A model generated the notes under the pieces. That model worked only from the letters and a program-made list of their open reading frames with translations. It searched no databases and was not told the origin of the DNA. Shown here one piece after another: positions 18,218 through 28,798 of a DNA stretch of 51,290 bases (the stretch's first letter is position 1; every line of letters starts with the position of its first letter). Source of the stretch: an uncultured Actinomyces sp. Lineage in GTDB: Bacteria > Actinomycetota > Actinomycetes > Actinomycetales > Actinomycetaceae. Both the position numbers and the translations under genes were made by a program. Location of the stretch: assembly GCA_938030835.1 (NCBI GenBank), contig CALHID010000243.1:1-51290 (forward strand). The letters are read 5' to 3'.

Positions 18218-18507
18218 CAGACTACAAGCAGGCACCCTGTAGTGGAGCACCAACCGAATGGTTCTACGACCCGACACTCTACGAAACAGTTGTGAGGGCT
18301 TTTTGTAATGAGTGCCCTGTCAAGGAACAATGCCTTCAAGACTGTCTGATAGCCGAAGAAACACCAATCGACGGCAAAAAGTTCCGCTCTGGTATTTTTG
18401 GTGGCCTCTCACCGACAGGCCGAAACAGGCTCATGGGTACCGGATATGCAGTCATCACCGAAAACTGGATGGAGAAAGATAATGACGATGACAGTAATAG
18501 CAATTGA
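18214..18507 (+). CDS. whiB: WhiB family transcription factor
   Basis: C..., CNECPVKEQC, GIFGG turn motif. Confidence 0.9.
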   Translation: MTDYKQAPCSGAPTEWFYDPTLYETVVRAFCNECPVKEQCLQDCLIAEETPIDGKKFRSGIFGGLSPTGRNRLMGTGYAVITENWMEKDNDDDSNSN

Positions 18508-18946
18508 CCCCGGCGTGAACACCGGCCTCGTTGTAGCACGTGTCGAAGAAGAGGTGGAGATTCTACACTTCGACCAATTCATTTGCTCGACGCACACCGA
18601 AACGGCAGAACTCATCAAACACTACCTTGACGAGTACCCTCAAGCCGTTGTCGTGGCTGAGCAATTCGACCTGAGACCCAGCAACAAGTTCACAGCAGAC
18701 CTTACCCCCGTGAAGGTCAATGCAATCCTTGACTGGTTTGTCGATGACATCCATTATCAGACACCCGCTCAAGCCAAGGGCCTGGTCAAGGATGCGACAC
18801 TCAAGAATCTCGGGTGGTGGCTCACTGGTAAGGACGTGAACTATAAGGACGCTAACGATGTCCGTGATGCCTTCCGGCACCTCGTCTACTATCTCGTTCA
18901 TGAGCTGAAACACAAGTGGACACTCGACAACGGGTGGCCTAGATAG
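18482..18946 (+). CDS. RuvC-like Holliday junction resolvase
   Basis: VIAIDPGVNTG, VVAE, DVRDA. Confidence 0.75.
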   Translation: MTMTVIAIDPGVNTGLVVARVEEEVEILHFDQFICSTHTETAELIKHYLDEYPQAVVVAEQFDLRPSNKFTADLTPVKVNAILDWFVDDIHYQTPAQAKGLVKDATLKNLGWWLTGKDVNYKDANDVRDAFRHLVYYLVHELKHKWTLDNGWPR

Positions 18947-18947
18947 C

Positions 18948-18991
18948 GAAAACCCCTCTGCTAGGAAAGGAGAACTAGCAGAGGGGTTTTC
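18948..18991. terminator. Bidirectional intrinsic terminator between the converging arms
   Basis: Perfect 17-bp IR including terminal A/T runs; 10-nt loop GAAAGGAGAA. Confidence 0.85.
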
Positions 18992-19040
18992 TGTACCTCA
19001 CACCCAACAAGCAAACACACGGAGGTGAATAATTGTCACC
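18948..19040 (-). ncRNA. Candidate ~90-nt sRNA with anti-SD motifs
   Basis: GCGACA-17-TATACT with TGn extension at 19045-19053; contains TTCACCTCC and loop TTCTCCTTTC. Confidence 0.45.
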
Positions 19041-19055
19041 GACTAGTATAGCACA

Positions 19056-19730
19056 TCAACCGATCTTTGTCGCCTGAATGGTCAGGCCACCCCAGCCAAG
19101 GTTCGTGCTCTGGTCGATTTGCAGCCTAATAGACACTGATACTTCCTTGCCGGGGGTATCAACGTACTTAGCAATAGGGCCAACATGAACGAACATGACA
19201 TTCTTATCATGGCCGTACGTGTTGAAAACACCAACATTATGTTCCTTGCCGTCAATCATCATAAAGACGTTGATATAGGCACCATTAGCGTTATAGTCAT
19301 TGGTCATGGTGATCTGACCCGAGATCAGCCACAAACCAGCCTTCGACAGACGGATATTACGGCTAACGCGTGCATTAGCACCATCAGCAGTATAGCGGCG
19401 GTAATCAGCAAACGAGGCATTTTCGTTCACGTAATCCGTTTCGACAGCGCCACCCCAAATCTTAGTGAGCTGACCGTTGCTGTTAATCAGCATCTCCTTC
19501 GTGTCCTTACGGTAGATAAGGACATCATAGTTGCCAGCCCCAGCCTTACGGATAGCAGTCAGCTTAGTGTCATAATCACTCGCATTGTTAGCGATAATGA
19601 CACGGCCCTTCTGAAGCTGCTTCACAACATCAGAAACAGAATTGAAACCCAAGTTCATGAAAACAGGCCAACTCTGAATAATATCAGAATCAGAGTAAGT
19701 CCAGATACCCTGATCGTTAACTGTACCCAT
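19056..19730 (-). CDS. Minor tail or receptor-binding protein
   Basis: Last gene of the tail module; beta-rich C-terminus. Confidence 0.65.
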   Translation of the reverse strand: MGTVNDQGIWTYSDSDIIQSWPVFMNLGFNSVSDVVKQLQKGRVIIANNASDYDTKLTAIRKAGAGNYDVLIYRKDTKEMLINSNGQLTKIWGGAVETDYVNENASFADYRRYTADGANARVSRNIRLSKAGLWLISGQITMTNDYNANGAYINVFMMIDGKEHNVGVFNTYGHDKNVMFVHVGPIAKYVDTPGKEVSVSIRLQIDQSTNLGWGGLTIQATKIG

Positions 19731-19731
19731 G

Positions 19732-20352
19732 TTAGTACCTCACTCCTGAGAATTGAACGGAAACATATGCGTGACCGTTGTGGTTGTCGATATATTCTGG
19801 GTGCTCTTTGGAACCCTTCAACCCAATAAAGGCAGTTCCATACTGGAAATTGTCGTAATCAACAACCATAGTAAACGACAAGCCAGTTACCATAACCAAG
19901 TCAGTGCCTCGGCCACCCCGTCCTGTAGCAAGGCCCGAAACCACATACGGGATATGCGCAAGTTTGCGCTCGCGGCCAAGATGATCTCGAACGCCTGTGA
20001 AAACCTGCGGAAAGATATACTCACCAGTAGTCAACGGAATCACAGGAATGTAAAGAAACCCTGTAATAGACAGCTGCATGAACGAACCAGCGTTACCCCA
20101 ATCCAAAGGTGCTTTCCACAAGTCCTCATAGGCACCAATGCCAGGATTACTACCGGGCTGTTCAACAAGCATCTCCTGATAGAACGGCTGTGCAACACCA
20201 TTAGCCGCACGCGAAGAAGTCAAGGCACTAACAGCATCATACGAATTACTGACCTTGCTCTTCATCAAGGTCATGTCATTCTCAAGATACGCTACGCGCC
20301 TGTCGATGTCACTTCCCCATGCCTGGGATGGGGTCGGCAGATTGTGCTTCAT
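19732..20352 (-). CDS. Minor tail protein
   Basis: Position; N-terminal coiled coil. Confidence 0.65.
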   Translation of the reverse strand: MKHNLPTPSQAWGSDIDRRVAYLENDMTLMKSKVSNSYDAVSALTSSRAANGVAQPFYQEMLVEQPGSNPGIGAYEDLWKAPLDWGNAGSFMQLSITGFLYIPVIPLTTGEYIFPQVFTGVRDHLGRERKLAHIPYVVSGLATGRGGRGTDLVMVTGLSFTMVVDYDNFQYGTAFIGLKGSKEHPEYIDNHNGHAYVSVQFSGVRY

Positions 20353-22108
20353 TATGCGTCACTCCTTTCAACGTCAACTCTCGAAGCGTGATACCAGCCT
20401 CAAGAGGATAATCCGCAACTCGGGGCCTATCGAATATTGTAGCAACATCCGACACCCTAGTAAGCGCCTCACACGAAGCCTTCACACTAGACTCATCATA
20501 CGAAGCTGACTTGATATGCCACGTAAAGTGATCGTACACAGCTGTCGTCCCAGCAATGCGCCCAAACACCTGCTGATTCGACACCACAGGCTTGTTCTTC
20601 GTGAACTCCAACAAGTCGTCCATGATCTTCTTCATTGTCGTACCACGAGGCCACTTCTCAGCAGCCTTCTCAGGCAATGGTGAGCCAGTAAAAGCATTGA
20701 CATCAGACAGGTACACAGGCTCACGCTCGAAGTCATACACGACATCTGTGTATGACTCGTGCATCGGAACAGCGCCCGTCCAATCCATCTCAGCAGAGTA
20801 GCCAAACGCGCTCTGGGCCTTATACACACAAGCCTCATACGCCTGGGTCTTAGTCGTTAGGTTCATGCTGTCGATCTTCACAGCATCCGTCTTATGTGGG
20901 TAGCCAGTGTAGAACGTAAATGTCTCCTGGTCACACAAGTAAGCGTGCCCATAAATACGGAGGGTGCTGTAGTCAGTCTGACCATCCGACTCAGCAATAC
21001 GATAAGGAGATAGACGCTCATTCGACATGCCCGTCACAGTCACCTTGATCTGGTTCGCTTCGTCGCCCTTCTCGATGTGGAGCGAACCGCCCTCGGCGTA
21101 CCACTGAGCAGGTGTAATCGGCTTGTTGTCCTTGCCGACGACAGAGTACACGGAGCGCGCAAAGTAGATCTGACCGTTAGCACGAGTCCTAATATTGAAG
21201 TCCGTACCAACTTCGTTAGGCATCACACACTCAGGCTGAGAATACAAATAATCAATCGTCCCTTGAATCTCAAGCACAAACTCTTTAGTCTCGCCAGACT
21301 CGACTGACAAAACCTCAGCAGCCTTAATGGACTCCACTGTCGTCTTGTTGTTAGACGGCTGTGGGTGGATAAGGCTAATGCGATCTTCGCCTTCAATGCG
21401 AGGGCGGGTACCGGCAAGGTTGCCTGAGCGATAATCAGAAGAAGCTAGGTCAATGACAGGGGGGTAATAAGTACACTCAATATGCGAGAAAGGCTCACCA
21501 ATAGCCCACTGAATCGAATAGTCTACAGTAGAGCCTTGGAACCTCGTAAGAACAGTGTGGTTCTCAAACAGCACAATCGTGTCATACACCCACGTAATCT
21601 GATAATTGTTAGCAGACAAGAAGCTCTTGAGGATAGTCCACAAATTACCTTTACCACCAACAAAATCATACGTCTTAGTCGCAATAGTAGTCTTAGGTGC
21701 AATAAACGGATTACGCTCATTAGCAGTCGGCTTAGCAACATACACCTTTGGAGACTCGACACCCGCAGCCTTAAACACCTGCGCAATAACCTTGTCCATC
21801 GTCACGCCCTGAAGGTGCTTAACCTCAGCAGACACATCAAGACGATAGAAAGGGTCATTCAACGTAGCCGACCACGACCACGGGGTATTCGTAATTGACC
21901 GGACAAACGCGTGAGTACGACCAAAGATAGGGCTGTCGAGACGAATCTCCTTCGTCATCACATCAGCGGCTTCAACATACCCCGCACCCTCCAACGAGTA
22001 CTCAGAGAAGCCACCCGTCGTTGAATCACGGTCAAGCGAGACAGCATCCTCAACGACAGACCAGCCAGTCAGCTTGTTGTTAGTAAAGCCGATAGCCTGC
22101 ATCACCAT
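20309..22108 (-). CDS. Minor tail protein (hub/Tal position)
   Basis: Second gene after the tape measure; start 22108 or 22102. Confidence 0.7.
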   Translation of the reverse strand: MVMQAIGFTNNKLTGWSVVEDAVSLDRDSTTGGFSEYSLEGAGYVEAADVMTKEIRLDSPIFGRTHAFVRSITNTPWSWSATLNDPFYRLDVSAEVKHLQGVTMDKVIAQVFKAAGVESPKVYVAKPTANERNPFIAPKTTIATKTYDFVGGKGNLWTILKSFLSANNYQITWVYDTIVLFENHTVLTRFQGSTVDYSIQWAIGEPFSHIECTYYPPVIDLASSDYRSGNLAGTRPRIEGEDRISLIHPQPSNNKTTVESIKAAEVLSVESGETKEFVLEIQGTIDYLYSQPECVMPNEVGTDFNIRTRANGQIYFARSVYSVVGKDNKPITPAQWYAEGGSLHIEKGDEANQIKVTVTGMSNERLSPYRIAESDGQTDYSTLRIYGHAYLCDQETFTFYTGYPHKTDAVKIDSMNLTTKTQAYEACVYKAQSAFGYSAEMDWTGAVPMHESYTDVVYDFEREPVYLSDVNAFTGSPLPEKAAEKWPRGTTMKKIMDDLLEFTKNKPVVSNQQVFGRIAGTTAVYDHFTWHIKSASYDESSVKASCEALTRVSDVATIFDRPRVADYPLEAGITLRELTLKGVTHNEAQSADPIPGMGK

Positions 22109-23025
22109 GAGTAAACCTCTTCCAACGTCACAGAAGCCGTGTAATGACCGCGATAGTTGTTCACAGTCACAACACTAGCTGAACCAGGAACAACCTGAAG
22201 GTTCCCACCACCGGACGGGTATGCAAACTCATACAGGTTAACAGCTGTGTCGATGTGAGTGTCCTCGGGCACGATCTGCAACATAGCCCAGTCGAGAGCA
22301 CCCTCACCCTGTGGAATAATCGACACCTCCCACAGAGCTGGGTAAAAAGCGCGCACCTGGTTCTTGTTAAAAGAACTAACAGTGTTGCGACCATCAAGAC
22401 TACGGAACCTGAACGAGAACGGCTGCTTACCGTCTTCCGGTCCAGATGACAAAAACACGCCCGTATGTCCTTCAGGAATAAGAACACGCTCAGTGTACTG
22501 ACCAACCTTCGACAAAGCCAGAGACACCTGCCGCCCATTCAGACGATCAACATCAGACTGGAACTTGTTGTTCGTCTGAAGTACACCGCCCTTCAGCACG
22601 ACACCAGGGTGTCCAGACTGAGAGTTGTTAGCCTTCGTGGGGAACAGTGCTTGCTTACCCCAATCGTTGAAAGCAAACGGAGAACCAGCATGGTAATGCA
22701 GGTACGGCAAACCCATCAAAGGCGACAAAACGTTCTTCATCGAGAACGGGTCCAGATACGTCACCCACTCGCCCGTCCTGTTCATGAACAGCTCACGGAA
22801 CTTGTTAGCCTGCTCACGATTCAAGAACGACCACGACAGCTCATAATGCCTGCCGCCATACACAGAACCACCCATGTAGGACAGACCATTCAGAAGGCGC
22901 TGTGAGTCGCCCGAATGGACATTAGTCGAAACAGGCGACTCGTCCGGTGCGGGGAACCACTCAATAATGTCGTTCCCCACACCGAAACAAACCTCACGGG
23001 TTGCGCAACCCCTAGTAGACACCAC
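22102..23025 (-). CDS. Distal tail-like minor tail protein
   Basis: Immediately after the tape measure. Confidence 0.7.
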   Translation of the reverse strand: MVSTRGCATREVCFGVGNDIIEWFPAPDESPVSTNVHSGDSQRLLNGLSYMGGSVYGGRHYELSWSFLNREQANKFRELFMNRTGEWVTYLDPFSMKNVLSPLMGLPYLHYHAGSPFAFNDWGKQALFPTKANNSQSGHPGVVLKGGVLQTNNKFQSDVDRLNGRQVSLALSKVGQYTERVLIPEGHTGVFLSSGPEDGKQPFSFRFRSLDGRNTVSSFNKNQVRAFYPALWEVSIIPQGEGALDWAMLQIVPEDTHIDTAVNLYEFAYPSGGGNLQVVPGSASVVTVNNYRGHYTASVTLEEVYSW

Positions 23026-26000
23026 GATTACCTGTCCTCATATTGCCGTTGTCGATGCTCTGACTAATCGAGCGACCATCAAGCATGATCGAAGTCGAAA
23101 CAGCCTTCACCAACTGATTAAACTGTGCTGGGTTAATTGTAACAAGACCGTCACCACCGCCCATAGCGTAAACACCACCCGCCGACACAGGAACCTGCAT
23201 CGTGTTCAGTGCGTTCATGAAGCCCTTGCCGTAGAAATCGACAGCGGGCTGTGAAATCACGTACTCGCCACTACGGACACGGAACATGCCCTTGCCGTCC
23301 GTAGCCATGAGGTTGTCGGCCTTCGGGTTAGCCGGAGGACGACCAGGCAACAAGCCGCCACCCGCGAAACCGGGCAGAGAGTTAGCACTCGACAGCAGAC
23401 CGCCCGTATACAAGGTGCCAATGTTCCTACCAGACCTAGTGCGAACAGTACGATTCTGGCTACCGAGCGGGTTCATCCGCGCAGCATTAAGCGCGGCGGC
23501 GTAGGATGACTCGTCAATCTGGTAACGAATCCTAACCGTAAGCTCACTGTGGCTTGGCTGAACAGGAACCGTCACACCATTAGAGTGCAACGAGTCGATA
23601 GCATCCTGTGTCGAGCCGACAGTGCCGTTATCGGTCACATGCTCCTTCACCTCACGCGGAACCTGGCCGATAGTCGAAGTCAAGCTATCGAAAGCCCCAG
23701 CCAACTCAGTGACTTCACCTTGGTTGAAACCAAGCTGAGTAACCTGGTCAATAAACTGCTGCTTCAGCGATTGTGTATATGCCTCAATCTCCTGGGTCGA
23801 GTGACCAGCCGCAGCATACGCCTCAATCAGACCAATCATCTGAGACTGCAACGACCGCAAAGCCTCACGGTTAGCAATAGCCGCCTCCGTGTAGCCCTTC
23901 AGAGCAAACTGCCCGGCTTGGAGGGTTGCAATCTCCTTGTCGTTGTCTGCAATCTTCGTCTGGCCTTCGTTGATCTTCTGCTTAGCCTCGTCAATATCAA
24001 CCTGGGTAGACTGCGCGCGCTCGGTGTCGCCGTACTTCACAGCGACAGCATGGAAGAACTCAGCGTCGTGCAACTCTTGCTGGTTCTTACGCATATCCGA
24101 CGCAAGTTTCTCATTCTCCTTACGAAGATCAGAAACCTTCTTCGTCGTGCCTTCAACATCCTTCTTCAGGCTGTTAAGACCCTTACGGTAGTTGTCCTGA
24201 GCGGTCGTGGAGCGCCACCAAGTAGTGAGGGCCTTGTCGAGCGCAGACTTCAGACGGCTAAGGAAGTCCTCGAAAATCTCAGCTGCGGTCTTCGTTTCCT
24301 TCTTCGCTCGGCTTGCACCGCCGCCTCCACCGGAACGTGGCTTATGACCACCACCACCTCCACCAGAACGAGACGGCTTAGCCTTGAAGTTGTTGCCACT
24401 AAACGCCGACGTGCCATTGTTACGATTAGCAAACGTTGGCATACGAATCTTGGACTTCTGACCCGCAGTGTATGAACCCTTGCCAGTCTTCGACTTCGAG
24501 CCACCGATAGCACCCATGTAGCCCTGAATTGACTGCCAGATAGCCTGCACCTTGCCAAGGAAACCCTGAGCCTGCGACACCGCCTGAGCCGCGTTATCAA
24601 CCATCTGACCAAGTGACGCATCCGTGGCACTATGGTCAACCTCTCCGGACTCATAAGGTTGTGCGATAATCGCGGCCATAGTGTCTCGTTGCTGCTCGAA
24701 CTGCGACATGTCGAAGCCTTGCGCAGCAAGGAAGTCAATGGTGTCCTGAATCGAGTTCTGCGCGTACTGGTATGCCTCTTCGCCGGTCAGACCCATTTCC
24801 TCGATACCGGCAGCAGCGGCATTGCCCATCTTCTCGAAGTAATCCGAGATAGCAGCGATATTCGCTTGGCCGTCTGGGCTGTTCGGGTCCATCGACGTGC
24901 CATGCTCCTGCATGGACTCGTACACCTGCTGCAACGACGAATCGAGAGCAGCAGCCGCGTCTGTCGATGAGAACATCTCGTCAAGGACAGAGCGAATAGC
25001 CTCGGCCATGCTATGAAACTCGCCCTTCGCGTCACCAATCTTCAGACCGGCCTCTTCGGTCTGATCTCCGGTCTCTTCGACACCTTGGCCGAAAAGGATA
25101 GCATCGTTCAGAGCGTCACGCATAGCACCGCCGACACCCTCAGTCTTCGACTTCAAGCCTTCCAGGGCCTCAATCTGCTGGTTATACGGTTGAGCGGCAT
25201 TAGCACGCTTCTGGGCATTAGCAGCATTAGCACCAGTAGTGCCGTTCATCGTGCCTGTGTCAACGATTGTACTGTTAACAGCGTTAACAGCATCAGCCTT
25301 ACGAGCCTTAATCTGGTCGATGTAGCCATTCACGTAAGCATCAGCGGCCTTCTGTCCACCGCCCTGAGCTTCAGACGTAGATGCGAGCTTAATGTACTTC
25401 TGATACGAGAAGCCCATATCAACGAGAGCCTGCTTGGTTTCCTTCGACATGCCCTTAAACGCATCAGAACCCTGCACAGCATCCATAATCAAAGCCTGGG
25501 TATGCTCACCAATCTTCAAGGTAGAGTAACCCATAGCCGCAGCTTGCTCGTGCGTAGCCTGAACAACCTGACCGGACTTATCCACGTAATAACCGAGCGC
25601 CTGACCGTTAGCAGTCAGAACTTCACCATTCTGTTCAATAGTAGCGTTCAGCTCAACAAAGCCAGACTGAGTACCATTGCCGACTTCCTTCGTATCCTGA
25701 GCCAAAGCGTTCAGAATAGCCGAAGAGCCTCCTACAGCGTTCTTAAACTCATCAGCCTTAGCCGATGAGTCCTGGAAAGCATCACCAAGGTATGTAGCGC
25801 CGACAGATACAGCAGTAAGGGCAGCAGAAATGACAAGACCCCACGGCCCGCCGAACATCGACATCAAGCCAGAACCCACAGACGACAGCTTGGTCAACGC
25901 ACCCACAGCCTGACCGGCACCAGCCGCAACCTGAGCACCCGCAGCCGCAGCAGACGCGCCAGCAGAAGCCACTTGAGCAGCGTTCTGAGCGCTCTTCGCA

Positions 26001-28273
26001 GCAGCAGCCTTACCCGCAGCCGCAGCCACCATGTTATCCGCAGCAGCAAGGCGCTGATTAGCCGCAGCAGCGGCATTAGCCGTACCCACGTTAGCAGCAA
26101 GGGCCGAATCATACTGGACAGTAGCCGTCTGAGCCTGACGAATAGCCTGCCACACGACACTCCACGAGGCTTTCTGCGCACCTGTCGCCTGCAACATGCG
26201 GTTTTGCATCTGCAAGTACGTTGCAGACATCGACACAGCCGCAGCCTTCGCAGCCATAAGACCAACACGCACTGTCGCCACAGCCGCGAGCGCACCAACA
26301 AACGCCTGAATAGGTGCTGGCAGCTTAGCGAAAGCGTTAACAACACCTGTCGCAAGAGTAATCAGCAGCTTGAAAGGCACCATGAAGCTAGAGTTCATGG
26401 CAGCGCCCGCGTTCTGCAAAGCGTGCTGGAAAGCCTCAATCTTAGCCGACAAGGTATCCATGATGACGTTCATCGACTCATCAATGAACGTCGTGCCCTT
26501 AGAAGCCCTCTCAGCCTCCTTCAACTGTTCGACATACAGGCCGACACTGTTCGACATACGAGACAGCAATTCAACGTCACGCACGTTATTGAAGCCCAAG
26601 TCCTTAATTGCCTGAGCCTTCTCAACCTTGTCACCAATACCTGCAAGGTTCTGCAAGATACCCTGGAACACCTTGTTCGGGTCGTCCTGCCACAGCTTAC
26701 GGAACTCTTCATCAGTCACACCGACAGCCTGGGCGTACGTGTGCATCTTGTCGCCACCCTCAGCGGCAGCGGCATTGATCGAGTTGAAGATACGCTGAAG
26801 CGAACCGCGCGCCCATTCCTTCGGAATAGCGAGCGACGACAGTGTAGACGACAGGGCAAGAATCTCATTCTGGGTGAAGCCAGCCGACTTACCCTGAGCA
26901 GCAATCGACACAGCCATGTTCGCAATCTCAGGCTCAGTCGCAACAGACTTAGCGCCCAAGTCAGCGATCTGGTTAGCGAGGACCGCGTAGCCGTCACCCT
27001 TGCCGGGTGCCGACTCTTGCAGCTTGCCCATCATCTTACCGAAACGACCAAACGCGGTAGAAGCCGACTCAACTTCCATACCAGTCACAGTAGAGAACTC
27101 TGCGACAGCCTTCGTAAAGTCTTTCAACTTGTTCGTCGGGATGTTCATCTGCGCACCGAGCGTACCAATCTTCGACAGATCAGCAAAAGACGTGGTAGTT
27201 GTTGTCGAAAGCTCAGTGTAAGCGCTCTTCAGTTCACTAAGAGACCTCGTAGTACCCTGCGCGGTACGCTCCACGTCAGCAAATGCGCGCTCCTGCGCAA
27301 TACCAGCCTGAGCAGCAGACGACACAACACGACCAATACCAGCCGTGATAGCACCGTAATACACGGCCATGTCGCGTGCAGCATAACGGACGTTCTCAAT
27401 AGCCTTCTCACTCGCACGAGCGTTATTGCGAGCGGTACTAGCATCAGAACGAATAGCAGTACGCTTAGTCAGCTCTTCCTCGCGGATACGAGCACGCTCA
27501 GTACGCGCAACTTCAGCCTCACGAGCAGCACCAATACGCGCAGACGCACTAGCAACAGCAGCTTCACGCTTAGACTCAGCAGAAGCCGTCGTTGCAGCCG
27601 CCCTAATCTCTGCCTGCTCCAAAGCGGTGAGTGCCTGAATCTCAGCAAGACGAGTGGCCTCAGCACCCTTCGCCTTCACAAGGCTACGCTCGTCCTTACC
27701 CCTCTGCTTCTGCAAGGGGATGGCATTATCCTCACGCTTCACACTTGCCTGAGCACGCAGCTTTTCAGCCTGAGCCTCAGTCTTACGTGCCTGCGACTGG
27801 TTCAATTGAGCCTGGGCCTTCTTCGCCTTCGTCTCAGCCTCAGCCATAGCATTAGACGCAGAAGCCACCTCACGCATAGCCGAGGCAGTATCCTTCAGCT
27901 TAGCGATATGGTCCTTACTCAGGTTGTTCATCGTGCGAGTCTCACGGATGAACTGTCGATACGCCGAAACAGCCTTATCGACACCCGCCGAAAGATCAGC
28001 CTTACTAGCATCCCCAGCAGCCTTATTCAACGAGCCAAGAGCATCAGCCACAGACTTCAGCGCAGATGCAGAGTCCTTCAGGTTCTTGACCTTCGAGCTG
28101 TCGAGCTGCAAAGAATCAAGAACAGAACCACCACGGCCAGAGGGTGCCTTCAGTGCAGCGACAGCACTCTGAAGCGAACCAATCTGCTTTTCCAGGGCAC
28201 CAATGCTCTGTGCTGCCTTGTCTGCCCCAGCAGCGTTAACGTCAATATCAATCTTGATTGACTCGTCTGCCAC
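23012..28273 (-). CDS. Tape measure protein (~1753 aa)
   Basis: Very long, Ala-rich and helical; GTG 28273 after AGGAG; follows the tail chaperones. Confidence 0.92.
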   Translation of the reverse strand: MADESIKIDIDVNAAGADKAAQSIGALEKQIGSLQSAVAALKAPSGRGGSVLDSLQLDSSKVKNLKDSASALKSVADALGSLNKAAGDASKADLSAGVDKAVSAYRQFIRETRTMNNLSKDHIAKLKDTASAMREVASASNAMAEAETKAKKAQAQLNQSQARKTEAQAEKLRAQASVKREDNAIPLQKQRGKDERSLVKAKGAEATRLAEIQALTALEQAEIRAAATTASAESKREAAVASASARIGAAREAEVARTERARIREEELTKRTAIRSDASTARNNARASEKAIENVRYAARDMAVYYGAITAGIGRVVSSAAQAGIAQERAFADVERTAQGTTRSLSELKSAYTELSTTTTTSFADLSKIGTLGAQMNIPTNKLKDFTKAVAEFSTVTGMEVESASTAFGRFGKMMGKLQESAPGKGDGYAVLANQIADLGAKSVATEPEIANMAVSIAAQGKSAGFTQNEILALSSTLSSLAIPKEWARGSLQRIFNSINAAAAEGGDKMHTYAQAVGVTDEEFRKLWQDDPNKVFQGILQNLAGIGDKVEKAQAIKDLGFNNVRDVELLSRMSNSVGLYVEQLKEAERASKGTTFIDESMNVIMDTLSAKIEAFQHALQNAGAAMNSSFMVPFKLLITLATGVVNAFAKLPAPIQAFVGALAAVATVRVGLMAAKAAAVSMSATYLQMQNRMLQATGAQKASWSVVWQAIRQAQTATVQYDSALAANVGTANAAAAANQRLAAADNMVAAAAGKAAAAKSAQNAAQVASAGASAAAAGAQVAAGAGQAVGALTKLSSVGSGLMSMFGGPWGLVISAALTAVSVGATYLGDAFQDSSAKADEFKNAVGGSSAILNALAQDTKEVGNGTQSGFVELNATIEQNGEVLTANGQALGYYVDKSGQVVQATHEQAAAMGYSTLKIGEHTQALIMDAVQGSDAFKGMSKETKQALVDMGFSYQKYIKLASTSEAQGGGQKAADAYVNGYIDQIKARKADAVNAVNSTIVDTGTMNGTTGANAANAQKRANAAQPYNQQIEALEGLKSKTEGVGGAMRDALNDAILFGQGVEETGDQTEEAGLKIGDAKGEFHSMAEAIRSVLDEMFSSTDAAAALDSSLQQVYESMQEHGTSMDPNSPDGQANIAAISDYFEKMGNAAAAGIEEMGLTGEEAYQYAQNSIQDTIDFLAAQGFDMSQFEQQRDTMAAIIAQPYESGEVDHSATDASLGQMVDNAAQAVSQAQGFLGKVQAIWQSIQGYMGAIGGSKSKTGKGSYTAGQKSKIRMPTFANRNNGTSAFSGNNFKAKPSRSGGGGGGHKPRSGGGGGASRAKKETKTAAEIFEDFLSRLKSALDKALTTWWRSTTAQDNYRKGLNSLKKDVEGTTKKVSDLRKENEKLASDMRKNQQELHDAEFFHAVAVKYGDTERAQSTQVDIDEAKQKINEGQTKIADNDKEIATLQAGQFALKGYTEAAIANREALRSLQSQMIGLIEAYAAAGHSTQEIEAYTQSLKQQFIDQVTQLGFNQGEVTELAGAFDSLTSTIGQVPREVKEHVTDNGTVGSTQDAIDSLHSNGVTVPVQPSHSELTVRIRYQIDESSYAAALNAARMNPLGSQNRTVRTRSGRNIGTLYTGGLLSSANSLPGFAGGGLLPGRPPANPKADNLMATDGKGMFRVRSGEYVISQPAVDFYGKGFMNALNTMQVPVSAGGVYAMGGGDGLVTINPAQFNQLVKAVSTSIMLDGRSISQSIDNGNMRTGNRGVY

Positions 28274-28289
28274 CTTAACTCCTAAAAAG

Positions 28290-28330
28290 AAAAGCCCCTG
28301 ATACCACTTCAATGATACCAGGGACTTTTC
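28290..28330 (-). terminator. Hairpin with U tail containing TGG-TATCAT extended -10
   Basis: AAAAGTCCCTGGTATCA...TGGTATCAGGGGCTTTTCTTTTT. Confidence 0.55.
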
Positions 28331-28798
28331 CTACCTAACTTGCTCAAGCGCTTCAAGAGGTGAAGGCAACGGCTCTTTTGTACCGTCCGAGTATTCGACA
28401 GTGCCCATCACCGTGTACGTGCTTTCACCCGGCTTTGTTTCCTTCGCGTGCTCACGATGTCGATCAAGCTCAGCACATGAATAACACGTAGAAGTCTCTA
28501 CATGGAACTCAATCGCACTATGCTCACTACGACCATACCAGAGCGGCGTACCGCACTTGTTACACAGGCTGTCAAGATAATACTGATAACCCGCGCACAA
28601 CGCAAGATCAAGGTTAGTGTATTCAGTTTGAGGAATTGGCTCAGAGTCTTTCTCATCTCCAAACCACACAGGCACCGCGCGAGCAAACATGCCGTGCGCA
28701 CCTGTAAACAGCGTGGGTGGCTTACCCTCAGCCCTCGCCGTCTTCAGAAGAAGCAGCATCCACTGGTTCTCCGGTTTCGACAGTTCCGTCCCCACGAA
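28331..28798 (-). CDS. Tail assembly chaperone frameshift extension (gpT-like)
   Basis: Overlaps the chaperone 3' end in the +1 frame; no good RBS; two CxxC motifs. Confidence 0.7.
   Translation of the reverse strand, partial: FVGTELSKPENQWMLLLLKTARAEGKPPTLFTGAHGMFARAVPVWFGDEKDSEPIPQTEYTNLDLALCAGYQYYLDSLCNKCGTPLWYGRSEHSAIEFHVETSTCYSCAELDRHREHAKETKPGESTYTVMGTVEYSDGTKEPLPSPLEALEQVR

Noticed and set aside
19056..20352. Diversity-generating retroelement or invertible tail cassette
   Set aside because: No reverse transcriptase, recombinase or TR/VR repeat pair seen
25973..28261. 762-aa plus-strand ORF (also 23549..24475, 29462..30553, 32136..33410, 39033..40157)
   Set aside because: Antisense shadows of structural and lysis genes caused by codon bias; no RBS and implausible composition
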